This document shows positions 37,141 through 50,108 of a stretch of 64,000 nt of DNA, piece after piece. Location: NCBI GenBank assembly GCA_030704615.1, contig CM060733.1, forward strand, positions 51,150,001 through 51,214,000, given 5' to 3'. The translations under genes and the position numbers were made by a program. This stretch comes from Takakia lepidozioides. Lineage: Eukaryota > Plantae > Bryophyta. Numbering within the stretch: the stretch's first letter is position 1; each line of letters starts with the position of its first letter. The notes below the pieces were generated by a model. That model was given only the letters and a program-made list of their open reading frames with translations. It ran no database searches and had not been told where the DNA came from.

Positions 37141-37310
37141 ATGAAATTGCCCTCTTCCTTCACAAATAAAAATGGCTCAAAGGCCCAAAAGCTATGTCAC
37201 TTGCCTTAGCTTACAAGAATCCTACCTAACTAGGGAGCTTCAAGCTCCACTCCCTAGGATCTAGCCCCTCCTCAAGCCAAAAGCTAGCAAGCACTACAAC
37301 AACAAGCAAG
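37141..37310. repeat. Dispersed repeat, also at 50109-50280
   Basis: atgaaattgccc...ctaactagggagcttcaagctccac...ctagcaagca shared. Confidence 0.85.
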
Positions 37311-37796
37311 AGGAAACTAAGCAAATGAGCTAGATGAAGAATAAGAGAAGCCTTGCCCCCTCTTTTATACTATTGTTGTGCCTAATAGTTTAAGGAAAAA
37401 TATTTATTAAACTATTGTTTCTTTGGAGGATCTATAATATACTATTCCACATGGATGAAAAGTCTTGGAGGCAAATGAAAGCTGTCTTTTCATCCATCCC
37501 ATTAGATGACCAGATGGCGCGAGTTGTCATTTCATCCATCCAAGAAGTAGAAATGCAAATAATAGGCCTTGTGAGTGCCGTCGACTCAATAATTTGGCCC
37601 CGCTGCTAATCAGCTCCATAAATCACCAAACTTGATGAAAAACTACAATTATATATCCCGTATCAGCCTGTAGATTCTCAGCTCCATTGGTAGTAAAAAG
37701 TTGCGCTTCTCGCCATTCGTCGTATTTTCGCTACACACATATTTTGTGGTATATTTGGAAATCAAATCCCTGGTGATGTCTCTGGGGTCTTTGACC

Positions 37797-38291
37797 CTGC
37801 CACTGAGTCATAGGTTGTCCGGAGTCCCCTCCAGTTGTCCCGCACCGCTAATAAGTCCACACGTCGTCATTTGAAGTCGACCTGACCTGTTGTCTTTCCG
37901 ATGCGGCCAATTGCTTTGTTGTGATATTTCATCGCTATACATGTCGCTTCCACCAATTGCCAAGCTCCTCGCCATGTGTTCCTACTGGATTTGAAAGGCG
38001 GGAGAAAAGAGAGATCGCAATCTGGGACTGGAACAGTCGTCTTGTATTGTTTGAACATGATTAACTCGCCGTTTCTGGTACCGAATTGGCAGCCTAATCT
38101 GCTGTCGATGCAGCTTCCTATGGTCATCTTGACGCCAGAGTTCCTCTCCATGGTCGTCGCAGACACTGTCTAATTTTCTGCGTGCTTTACCAACGATTTC
38201 CAGACAACTAACAAACTAACTTGTTTTGGCAATACAATGCCTTATGATAAAAAACGATCTGAAAAAAAAATGTACCAATATATGCATCTAC
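37797..38291. repeat. Dispersed ~500-bp repeat, also at 50284-50788
   Basis: tgccactgagtcataggttgtccggagtccc...tatgcatctacaa shared. Confidence 0.85.
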
Positions 38292-39245
38292 AATATGTGC
38301 CATTGGCACTGGTAAGTAAGTCGGATCCATTGAGATATAGAAAGGTAGCGCAAGTTCGGACATTTTCGCTCTCTGAACCTGTCGATAAATATCATCAAAC
38401 TTCTTCCCGCTGGTCATGGCGTCCACCAAAGTAGTAGGCTTCTGCTGCAAAACATAAAAATGAATGGCCTCCCTCAAACCACTCAGAAAATAATCTTTCA
38501 ACACTGCATCACTCAAAGGAGTAAGTGGATTTTGGAACCTCATGAGTTCTCGAAACTTGGCTTCAAAGTCAGCGTGGTTGTCATAGGGAGGCCCTGCAAC
38601 TATTTGAAGGAATGCAAATGGAAGGCTTGAAGCCGGACCCTATTTGTGCAAAACCAATTCATATATCCCAAAGATACAACTTGTACACCATACAACTTCA
38701 ACGCACTATATAGAACCATAAGAATACCAGAAAAAGGACCACTTGTGTCTCTCCTTGAGAAACATTCAAAAAACAAATGTGGAATAACTCATGGTGTCAC
38801 TTGACCACGAAGGACAAATGCCTTTCAATGAGAAGTCCCAAGCAATGAAAGATCCGTTGGGCTGTTGCCAATACCAGGTCAACACCCCGCCTTTTAAAGT
38901 GGTGGGAAACCAAATAAGCCAGTAAGCATTATCCACTGCTTGGTTTGAACAACATACCTGAATGAAGTTCTGAATGTGGCCTTTAGGGTTTTCTTAGGAT
39001 TCTCCAAAAAAATATGGTAAACTAGAAGGAATCTGCAAGGGTCTCAATTCAATAGACACCACAATAGGCACCTCAACGACTGGACGCATAGGCAGTTGGG
39101 ATGACACTACTGTGGCCATCATTAAAGACGGACTAGAGATACTAGCACTAATAAATGGTGCCTCTTCAATGACCAGACCATGCAAGTTCCCTACCCATAG
39201 TTCGGCTTTCTCTGTCCAATGAGCTGGTATACATAATCCACCCAA
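38292..39245 (-). pseudogene. Ty3/gypsy gag fragments
   Basis: LPYFFGES*ENPKGHIQNF...FPTTLKGGVLTWY and LKDYFLSGLREAI...KPTTLVDAM. Confidence 0.7.
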
Positions 39246-39777
39246 TTTCTATCACGTCAATTTCCATGATGCAATGAGTGCGCTGTCTTTTCGCACCCTT
39301 ATAACAACAAAAAATTGCTTGAAAGCATTAACAACAACCTAGACAACCATCTGGGTCTATTATGGAAAAATAGAATAATCTTTTTGATATGGCAAGACCC
39401 TATGAAATGATATGCACGTTAGTACAAAGAAAAACTAGGTTCAGGGCGTACTTTTTCAAACCTTAGCAATCCATGTTGGTGCGAAATCCAACCACTAATT
39501 CGCCGTTAGTAGCAACTTACCGAACTCCCAGTATACGCACCTTAAATATGACGAGCCTCGCCGCGCGCGCAACCGCAGGGGGAAAAATGTGACATCGATC
39601 CAGGGCCTGGAGTCCGGCAACGAGTTGGGTAAGGCTCAAGAACCGCCTACCCATGAGATGTGTCCCTAAGCTTGGTGGAGGGTCAACGGCCGATGGACGG
39701 AACTCCTCCCGTTATCTGGGGGCAGATAAGTCGTGAGCGTGAGCAGTGAGTAGCGGGCTCGGGTCAGGCTCACGTAC

Positions 39778-39935
39778 GAAAATATTCCAAGAATATTCCA
39801 GAAATATTCCAAAATATTTGTTGGAATATCCAATTAATACTAACAAAGAATATCCCAAGAATATTCGAGTATACCGAATATTCCAATAATATCTCAAAAT
39901 ATGCGAACATACATAGAATATACCAAGAATATTCG
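39778..39935. repeat. GAATATTC-motif cluster, probably a transposon subterminal region
   Basis: Many gaatattc/gaatatcc copies. Confidence 0.6.
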
Positions 39936-40649
39936 AGTGTGCCAACAAAAAAAATTTCGGGCATTGAGTGTTTGTTGAAATTTTTTGTGGCAATTCGATA
40001 GTTCCGTGCATAATTAAGGGAATATTCTCAAAAATTGAGTATTATTCTTCTTTTGCTCACGCTATCCAAGACTTCTTCATTAGCATTAACACGGCTTTAC
40101 CCCGGAGCTATCGGTGTCCCCGGAAGATCATCTTCATCTGGAGTGACTGCTGCCGGAAGCGTTAAGGGCATGCCTCTTAGGTCTGGGTTGCTTCACCAAC
40201 ACGCTCCCCCGGATCGCACGTGTGTGCAAAGGGGCTGCCTTCGTTCCTGATATCCAGAGGGGAGAGCACACCCTAGCCTAGAAGAAAAAACTTTTCACCT
40301 GGACAATATCTCAATTTTCCGCTAATGTTTAGAGCCTTTTGGCTATTTTCTAGCAATAGCTGGTAACAAGGAAAATGAGGAAAATATTATCCTAGGCAAG
40401 TTCTTTTACTCAGGAAATAGAGATAAAAACCCTAGATTTAATTACCTTTTTTCTGGTAATTGTCTAAGCAGAAAAGCCCCTTCAAAATTAATTACTTTGG
40501 TGGAAAAAATCGCTAATTCTAGAAAAATGGGCATTAGGTAGGAATTTATCTAAGCTTTCCAATTATCCATGGCTTGGCCTCTAGATAATTCACTAACCCC
40601 CTCTCATTGCCCAAAAACCATTCTCATGATGTGGGAACTATATCAAAAC

Positions 40650-41530
40650 GAGTGTTGGGAGGGTATATTGAATTCAATATACCCTCAGGGTCCGGGTTTC
40701 AAATTTGTGTGCATATACAATCCGGGTCGGGTTAGGGTAAAATAAGATCTGAGTAATGAGCCGGGATAGGGTATATCCGGGTATTCATATAATATACCCT
40801 CAGGGCCAGGGTAGATTAAGGGTCCGGGCCTATTATTCCTATTATCTTCCTTAAGCAAATAATGGAACAACACAATAATTTTTTTTTAAAACTTTAAAAC
40901 AGTCCAATAGAAAATGGCGCAGCTAATTCATGTTTTCAACACTTTAAAAAAGTTTCGGAGTCGTATTCCCCTCGGATGCTTCAGGGCTTTCTTCGGGATT
41001 GTTTTTTTCTTGTTTCTCCTTTTAATTTTACTATTGGGCACCACTCTCTTTTTCAAAAATAAAATAAAATACATCTATTGGCATATAATGAAAAAAATAA
41101 AACCCCTGAGAAGCCATAAGGTAGATTACATACCCCTGGTTGAGGACAAGCTCAACCATAACCGAAGAGAGAAATGGCACATTACTTGGCAATTACAATG
41201 GCACAGTTACACATTTATTTGTGGTCCAATAGAAAAAGGGAGCAAGCAATTCATTTTTAGCATATTAGTGTGTGGTCCAATAGAAAAAGATGCACTAGGT
41301 GGGTTGTCGTGGGCTCCTGTGGGCCCATGTGGGATAAACCCGGACCCTGTGAGGTAGATAGCCACCGGGTAGGGTCTGGGTATCCTTAGAAGCTTGGAGT
41401 CAGGGTAGGGTCCGGTTCGGGTAGGATGCAGTTAAATACCCGGCCAATAGGGTCCGGGTCAAGGTATCATGCAATTGGCGGGACAGGATATATTATATAC
41501 CCAGGTATTTAATATACCCGCCCAACACTG
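40650..41530. mobile_element. Non-autonomous hAT element
   Basis: Imperfect ~26-bp TIR (C/G)AGTGTTGGG.GGGTATATT; 8-bp TSD ATCAAAAC/GTCAAAAC; CCGGG subterminal motifs. Confidence 0.85.
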
Positions 41531-44500
41531 GTCAAAACAACCCCCTATGTCCTTAATACATAGCCCCATAGCCTCTAGGTCCTAGGTTCAAACCCCCCCT
41601 AGAGCTAAAATAGCTTTTCAAACAGTAGATGAAAAACTACTTTTTCATCCATAGATCATCCACTATCATCCGTCCTACGGATGAAATATTGTTTATCTCA
41701 TCCGTCCCCCATCCATCCATGGCGAACCATCCACTATTCCCCATTCCTAAAAAAATGTTGCTTCTAACAAATGAATAATATATTTTGGTGGGTCCACTGT
41801 TGGTTCCTCCACCTTCCTAAAGTGCATTTTAAGGCTGGGTGCAAACGGAAATGACTCCCTCTCCACTCCAAATCCCCTTCTACCCCTCCCAAAAGCTTTG
41901 TACTTCTTGTCCGCTTTTCGTGAGGAAGGTGTCTCGGTGTGAGCCGAGCGGCCGATTCCCCATCTGATCACCTATGACATACCAAAACGAAGGTCTCGAA
42001 GACCTCCACCCTCAATTGGTTTGGGCCTTGGACAACGAGGCAGTGAGATGGCCGAGAGAGCAAGATGGCCGAAACATGGAAGTTGGCCCAACCTACACCA
42101 ATATGAGCCACTCTCCCCCTTATTTCGTTCTCTGTCTCCCATGCTTCGTTGTCTCCTATCAAATCGTGTATCCCTAAACTATGGAAGCAAGAAGGCATAA
42201 TATTCTTGTGGCCCACAACCAAGTTGTAGCCCAATGGTAATGGGCACATACCACCTCGGAAGTGGTTGTGGGTTCAATCCACCCTTGGTGTCCTAGCGGA
42301 AGGTAGTAACCCTTCGGGATGAAGAGACACCATAATTTACGCTTCCTTTGGGAGGCGTCAAATATTTATTTAATTATTCTTGTGGCCTTGGTCCTCTTCA
42401 TGGCCTACAAGCGCGTGATTACAACCATTTTGGCATTGCAACAAGTTCTTATAAATGAGCAATTTGTTGGATTGTTGATTATGTTTGTGTTCATATGGAA
42501 GGAGGTCCAAGAGATAGAGAGGGCTGATGATTCTATGGGCAGAACCTCCATTTAGCGCTTGCCGCGAGGTGGCTGTCGAGAGTCTCTAGTATGTAGTCTC
42601 TACCTGCGTACAACCCCATCTATGACATGTTTCCATCTCACGGCTGTGATAGGCTTCAAAAACTATATCTTAATGGTAGGTTTTTTGGGCCCAAGGGTCT
42701 CCATCCCAGGAACATTCCTTTTGTTGGGCTGCTCGCCCAAGAGTTTGGCGCCATAAATCATGCCATGTAGGTAGCCATGTCCTTGGCCCGGACCCTCGTG
42801 TAAATCGCTTGGGCCCGATTTGAGGCTCTTGACCAATAGGATTTCTTGTTTCTAGCTTGATCTTGGGGCGGGCCCTCGTGTAAACTGGCCGTTAGTATCT
42901 AGTCTCTACGTTGCTTTTTTAAACAATCAATTTGAAATTGATATGGGTAAACGGTTACACTAACCTAACAGGTTGTGATCTTGGTAACCACCGGGATGGG
43001 TATGTTGGAATCAGCCACCTTTCTATTTAAACTCCAGATTTTTGAGCCGCCAAACACGCATCTAGACTCTATCTTCTCGAAGTAGAGAGGACAAGTGAGC
43101 ATCGGTGTTCATGTAGGCATGTTTGCAAGCTTGCAAGCTTGCAAGCTTTAGTCTGTATTTTTGATGAGATCAACTACTATCTTCAGTTGATAAGTTGCAA
43201 TCGAAAAACTGATATTCGTGCAGATCTCCGTTTTTTTATCTAAATTATCGATTCCCATGTGCGTGGATCGGTAGGCGCTGCAAGGTGAGCGCTGTGTTTC
43301 TATTGAGACTGTGGCTCAGGAGATCTTTCGAACGATATAGAATTAGTTGGCTTTGCTCGGCGGGTTGTATCATGGTTCATGCAGGTCACTGGAAGCAAAG
43401 TTATAACATGACCAGCTTTATTTGATCTTGGAGGTCGGTCAGAATTATACATGTACATCACGAAGCTGTTACATTACCTGCAAGTGTACTATTCAGGACA
43501 TCACAGAAGTTCAAGTGATATACAATGCTCAGTAGTCAAGCATTGCGCCATGCATAAATTCTCAAACCTTTGTAATATTTCTAGCGTTAGCCTAAAGTGT
43601 ACGTCAAGGACGCATCTGGAAGCATCACAGGAACTAAACACTCTCTAACTGGCTAGCTCATATGGATCCTATCTAGATAATAGTACACGTAATGTAGGTA
43701 CAAAACTTGCAGTATCATGAACAACATAATCGGTCACTTTCAGCATGGAACATCCCTAGTCGGCCTGCATAAAGCACAGTACACGCCATATGGGATCTTC
43801 GTGCAACGTAAACGAGCTCTAGATGGCATGGTGACATGATTTGTAATTCCTGCACATTGTGGAGCCTCTTTGGAGCTCCGAACGTGATAGACTTGGAGTG
43901 AGACACAAAGTCTTAATAATAGTGACTTACTGGGGAGCTGACTTTGGTGGTAAGTGCTCTCCACAGGCTAGGTCTTTGGAGGATATTGAACACAATTATA
44001 TCTGTGGCATTTTACATGGAACCTCCATCGTCGATGAGTTTCGACTTTGTGTAACCGTAAATGACTCTAGCTCATGGGGCACGGAAATTGATAGACAATA
44101 ATATAGCCTTGTGATAACAGACCATATGATTGACACCCAAGAGAGAAAATATAAGCTCATCAGCGAGCACATCATTGTAGTTGAATTTGAACGTGCTTTC
44201 ATATCCATTTCCCTGCACACTCTTGACTCAGCCATGTACAACTCCTGCATACATAGTGAGTAGGATTTGTAGCTGTTACACAATCAAGTCTCTCATAATG
44301 AGAATCATGCAGGAAGTGAACGATAGCCTTGGTGCGAAACAAGTCATATGGTTGCCACAAAGGAGGTTGAGGAAGACTAGATGCAGATCTTGCTGAAAAT
44401 TTCAGGTCAAAATGCACATGGTTCATGAACTTCCATCTCCCATAGCCAGCTCCGCACACGTCACAGGGGAGCTTCTTGCAGACGTGAGTTGGTTCTGGCG

Positions 44501-46051
44501 CAGTGACACCATCCAATTTCGTCACAGTGTGAGATGCCACGGCAACTGAACTAGCCTTTACGTGAAACAAGCAGACAAAATCAATACCATAGGAAGCGCC
44601 TTGATCGTAGAGATTAACATAGAAGTCTTCTTGTTGTCCTCCAGATAGATGCATACCTGTCTTCGAGATAAGATCATAAATGTTCTCGGATGTTGAAAAC
44701 AAAAGAAAGAGCGCTCAAGAGGGATCAGAGACCCCCAAGATCGGATGAGAGTTAGCTGGTAGCATGCGAGATTCAAGACCTCCAAAAGGGTTGAAACTGC
44801 AAAGACGCTTTATCAACTGTTCAGTGGGAGAAAGGAACCTGCAGTGTTCATAGTGGCGGCTTGACTGGTTTGTAGGAGCCCTTTATATACCCTTACATGG
44901 GAAATGTCATGCATGGTTGTCCGCCATATATAGGAGCTGTCGGCAGGACTCTTCAAGCTATGGAGTAAGCAAAAACCTAGCCCACAGCTTAGGGAACTGA
45001 TCCATGAGCTTTCTGTAACCTGGAGCCTTCTAACTATTGTTTTCCATGATAATCCGTGTGCGAAGGAAGAGAGAGTGCCCATTCATGAGCTGCATGGCCC
45101 ACTGTATCTTTGTTTTTCCACATTATCCAATGAACCATGAGCTTGACTATAACCATGAAATTTGACCGTCAAAATTTCTTCCCCACCTGACATGAAAATT
45201 TTCAGTATGGGACAAAGAATGTTTGTCAAACCCAAGGGTGTGCATGGCAGTGTTTGGGAAGTTATTTACTTCTTAGAACACTCTGGAGTTGTAGGCAGAT
45301 ATATTCTTAAGGAATATAAATGACATTATTATATGTATGTATATGATCAGACATCCATGATCCGTTATGGGTTTTATGCACATCTTTTTTTTTATACCCT
45401 TCAAGTGTTGTTAAGGAAATGTGGGATATGATAAGGGCTGATGTAATAACCAGTACTAACCGCCGCCAAGCTATAAAGTAAATCTTTCTCCCTTAAGAAC
45501 AATTATGATAATTTTCTTTTTCTTTTCTAAGAAAGGGGACAAAGGCCCTTTAGTTTTATTATCAAGGAAAAATAACCTTGAGGTTGATGATAATAATGAT
45601 AAACATTGATGGATATATTGGACACATAACTTATTTGCGACACTAACAAGGGGACGCGTTGGACACTATGTACTTATTGTGACATTTTGAGGAAATAATT
45701 CAAACCCAGATGTTGAAATCAGAGTAGGGAAACGGTGTTGCCCTTGAAACCCAAGTATGTAGTCCTTCCGGCGACTTTTGAAAAATAAAAAATGGAAAAC
45801 AAAACAAAGTTGGATATAAGAAACAGTTCCAATCGACATCGAATCATTTTAAAGTTTTATTATTTGTTTTGGGTTTGGGCAAACTATATGCAGAGGAACA
45901 CCATATATGTATTTTCAACTTGCATTGGTAAGATGGAATCCCCTTGTATTCAAATAGACATGTCTTTTCCTATATTGGGCATGGCACATACACTAATTTC
46001 TATAAGTTGTCATCTTTCTTTCTTGGACTTGGCACCAAGATCTCCAACTAA

Positions 46052-46346
46052 GAGCATCTCCACGGTGAGCACGGCCCGTCATACGTTATATACCCTGGTT
46101 ACAAGGGCGACGGTATTTTTTACAAGGACTGGTTGGCAGACACTCCACGGCTGGGACTGTAGGAGACCAGGTTGGTGGGGTCCCGGTATGATTGGCAAAA
46201 GTGTCGGGTGGGAGGCACATTTCAGGCGGGCCCGGCAGCAATTCTATCGGGCAGAGCCAACCGTGGAGCAAGTTGCGCTACTTTTTGGACCCCGCGCCGT
46301 TAGATTGCCGTTTTCGGCCAAGTGTCGTGGCACCGTGGAGATGCTC
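46052..46346. mobile_element. Tourist (PIF/Harbinger) MITE
   Basis: Perfect 16-bp TIR GAGCATCTCCACGGTG, TAA TSD. Confidence 0.92.
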
Positions 46347-46349
46347 TAA

Positions 46350-46793
46350 GAGCATGACCAGCAGCGGCGCGGTAAACAGACACGCCAACGGCGATATGCT
46401 AGCCCATTTTTGGCCCGGAGCCCCTATCGTACCGTGGCAGCTGGTGTGAAGGCCAGCAGCATTGCAGCCTCCCACGACAAACCCCATGTTTCTCGCTGAC
46501 GACGTCACGCTCTTGTGCCATTTGGTACGGTTGTGAGTAACAACTTCATTTCCATCGTAGCTGGAACACCACGTGTGCCTTTTCATCGTACAACCTGATC
46601 TTGGCCCACCAGATTTGAAGATACTGTGCCAAGATCAGGGACGACAAAAGAGCAAAATATGTCGGAGAGGGGGTGAATTCAAGCAGGGACGGGGGCTTAG
46701 GGAGCCTCACACGGTGCTGCTGGGGACACAGACAGGCAGCCCCGCATGTCATTTGGAGGTTAGCATGCCATTTTTTACGCTGCTGGCTATGCT
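46350..46793. mobile_element. Second Tourist-like MITE
   Basis: TIR GAGCATGACCAGCAGCG / CGCTGCTGGCTATGCT, TAA on both sides. Confidence 0.75.
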
Positions 46794-47312
46794 TAAGATG
46801 TTTAGAAAAGTAGGGAGGTATTCTTCGATGTTACATTAATTAAAGTACAAACTTCTTATTTTCATAGTAAACATGTGAGGCAGAGAAGTCAACCCAACAG
46901 AGCAACATGTTCCATCATGTCAAAGAACATGTTAATTTCAGTGGATGGGAGAACCATTCAGAGCTCGTGAAGTGTTAATAAAATAATATGGGCTTTTCTA
47001 CCCTTTCATAAACTGAAAGGGTATCAGTATGCTGCAAGTAAATACCAGAAACATATGCGACCAAAAAGATGAATGGCTTTGAAAAATTTCTCCCGACATG
47101 CTCCCACCCATTTCAGGTGTTTTTCCCCTTAATGCAAACTATCAACGATTACCGACGGATTTTCTTAAGTGGATGTTTGGATCAATTTCCAAGTAGATTC
47201 TTCGGAATTTCTAGCAATTGGATATTGTGCAAGGCAGGAATATGAAGTCATGGATTAAGCATCGGCCACTGTGGATTCCAACCTGAAGGCTCGGGTAGGA
47301 AATTCCACCTAG

Positions 47313-47550
47313 ATTGGTGTTATGCAAACAAAATAAATGTGGGCTCTTGCCAAAAACAAGAGTAACTTACAATGTCACTTGATCGAAACTTACACTAATA
47401 TTGGTGTTCTGCAAACATAATAAAATGTGGACTCTTGCCAAAACAAGTGTAACTTATGGCATGTAACTTATGATAACTTATGACATCATTTTATCGAAAT
47501 TACACCGAGATCAATGTTATGCAAACAAAATAATTGTGGACTCTTGCCAA
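47313..47550. repeat. Three imperfect AT-rich tandem units
   Basis: tgttatgcaaacaaaataaatgtgg.ctcttgccaa repeated three times. Confidence 0.8.
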
Positions 47551-47579
47551 CGCAAGCATATGGTGTCACATGATCCCGA

Positions 47580-47842
47580 AAGGCTAGGACATGATCTCCC
47601 TTTTCATGGAGCATGTGCCCAGCAGCGGCGCTCAAAAGTACACGCGCCCATGGTGCAAGGCTAGGGTAGAAGCACCATTCATGGTGCATGCGCCCCACAG
47701 TGGCGCTCAAAAGTACGCGCGCCCATGGTGCAAGGCTAGGGTAGAAGCTCCCTTCATGGCGCTTGTGCCCCACAATGGCACTGAAAAGTACGCGTGCCCA
47801 TGGTGCAAGGCTAGGGTAGAAGCTCCCTTCATGGCGCATGTG
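47580..47842. repeat. 75-bp tandem repeat, about 3.5 copies
   Basis: aaggctagggtagaagctcccttcatggcgc...aaaagtacgcgcgcccatggtgc; period 75. Confidence 0.9.
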
Positions 47843-47844
47843 GG

Positions 47845-48330
47845 CACTACAACAAATTGCGGCTTTTACGTCTCTGTGTTATGACTGCAAATGCAGTCAT
47901 GGAAGCCATTTACGACTTCCTGACTCTGCAGACGTAAAGACCTAGTCAGTTGTGACATGGCAGATATGACTCTCCAGGCTGGCTGTCACGTGGCGCCAGA
48001 GCAGCCGTGGGGGTAGTCATACACGCTGACTTTACTGAATGACTGAACGGACAGTGTAGTCCATGTCAGCGGCTGTGCAAGAGTGGCACGTGCTCGATGC
48101 AGGAAATGACACGTGGCAGAGTGTTTAGCTCTCCATGACTGCGAACTATGACTACGGGTGTGCTAATCCAGTTGCAACACGTGGCGCGTTGCAGTTTTTA
48201 CACGTGGTCCATCAGCAGATTGACATGTGTCATGATGGGTGTTTTTTTTGGGGTGTATTGCTATTTTTTTACATATTTGTATTTCTGCCACGTGGTGTAG
48301 TACTTTTGGAGAGTGAAAATAGATGTAGTC
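47845..48330 (+). mobile_element. CACTA 5' terminus
   Basis: CACTACAACAAAT followed by ATGACT/AGTCAT and CACGTGG subterminal motifs. Confidence 0.7.
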
Positions 48331-49139
48331 ATTATTATGACTATGATAGCAGTCATGTACATGTCTATTACAACAATGAAATATAATATACAATACAAAG
48401 AGAACAAGGCAGCAAGACATAACTGCAACAAGCTGAGCAAAACCAAGAGATTGCATACCATCTCTATTTACCAATCTATTTATCATTATCATTTTTGTTG
48501 CGATCTAAAAATACATTAAATAGTCGCATGTTCTCATGTGAATTATTTTGTCTAACTATAACACTTTGAAAAGTGTTCACCCAGAATCTTCTAACTACTC
48601 ATGTATTCCATCAATCTGCAACCCATAAAAAACGGCTTGCATGGCTTTAAGAATTACTACAGCAAGGACATTTGTTTGTTTTCCAAGTTCTTGCATAAGA
48701 TGCACCAACCAATATTGCATTGTGAGACACTCACTCGCTATACTCCAAAGCGTCCAGGGAAGGTCACTGAGCAACCTGCCAAGGCGGAAACAATTAAGAG
48801 AATTATCTAATACCATATATGAAAAACCAATGCTAGTGTTGTTTATGGTAACTTCTATCCCATGTCCTAAACAAACCAAAGCAAAAGGGTTGGTGTGTAT
48901 TGGCGAAGTCGTCAGATACTTCACAAAGAAACATGCACTAAAAATGAAACCCAGGATGATAGGAAGGTCACTCACGTTTATACAAAGACATCTTGCCCAT
49001 TGCCCAGCACCCTGCGTCACCCACACTCTATCTCTATTCCTTCAGCTATCCATGCCTCTGCACAAATCAAGCATTCATCCTTGCCTTGCTGCTAGCAGCT
49101 GACAATGACAGCCTACATTTGTTCTAGGAAACACCCAAC

Positions 49140-50108
49140 TCAGCGTAGCACACTAGTTCCTATGCTGAATTGCATCTGCTACTCTCTGAAATGTTGCAGG
49201 CATTCACCTTTCTGCCCCGGTTGACCTGTCAGTGACTGGGCTCAGATAAGTATTCATTCCACAGCTTCTCCTCATCTCTGTTACCTATTTTTTGACACTT
49301 TCCTGTTGTCACATTGGCAGTATCATGTCAAAGTCACTCCAAACTAGATTCACTCAACCAGCTAACTTGCAGAATTGAACATGTAAATTTAGGGCCGATT
49401 CTGATAAGAGGGAAAAACAGGGTGAAATGTGTTGAAGAAGATGCCTTCATTAGCAGTGCCTGATTTTATCACTTGTGCCGCTGCTCCCAGTTGACCATCT
49501 ACCCATGCAGGTTTCTTGTAGCTATTGATCCACAGGGAATCACAGGTAATCTTGTGCTTGAAATCTGGCCTTCTTGGATGAATCTGGACCCACACGAAAT
49601 CCCTGCTCCTTCAGCTATCCATGCCTCTGCACAAATCATGCATACATCCTCGCCTTGCTGCTAGCAGCTGACAATGACAACCTAGAATTGTCAAAGCAAA
49701 CACTAGCAGGGAAAACATGGTGAAATATGTTGAAGAAGGTACCTTCATCCTTTTCTCCATCATTTGCTTTCAGGTGTCCAAAGCCCCATCCCGCGCTCCT
49801 GCTCTGCACACCCTTCAAGCATCGCATTCCACGACACCACATCTAGTTCAGCCATAGTGTTGAACACTCCCTTGGCATCCTCAATGCTCCCACATTTAGC
49901 ATACATGGCCACCAGAGCCATGTTCAGGATGACATCTGGTACAATTGCAGATTTGATGATGTCACCAGGGATCTCTTTGCCCTTTTCCAGGGCTGCAGAC
50001 GCACTGCAAACGCACACAAACGTTATGTCGGTGGCCTTCACCCCTTCCCTCATCATTTTCTCAAAGGTTGGAGCCTCCATCCCGCACCCCAGCTGTGCAT
50101 ACCCAGCA
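49140..50108 (-). pseudogene. PPR fragment (about 49755-50108) joined to an OSB PDF-motif fragment (about 49140-49600)
   Basis: AMYAKCGSIEDAKGVFNTMAELDVVSWNAML; HPRRPDFKHKITCDSLWINSYKKPAWVDGQL. Confidence 0.85.

Noticed and set aside
47313-47842. CRISPR-like array
   Set aside because: Simple tandem repeats with no unique spacers and no cas genes, in eukaryotic context
9561-47845. One CACTA element between the matching CACTACAACAAAT ends
   Set aside because: The ends face outward (3' end at 9561, 5' end at 47845) and have different subterminal repeats
48595-49102. Overlapping 143/153-aa ORFs
   Set aside because: No recognisable domain in any frame
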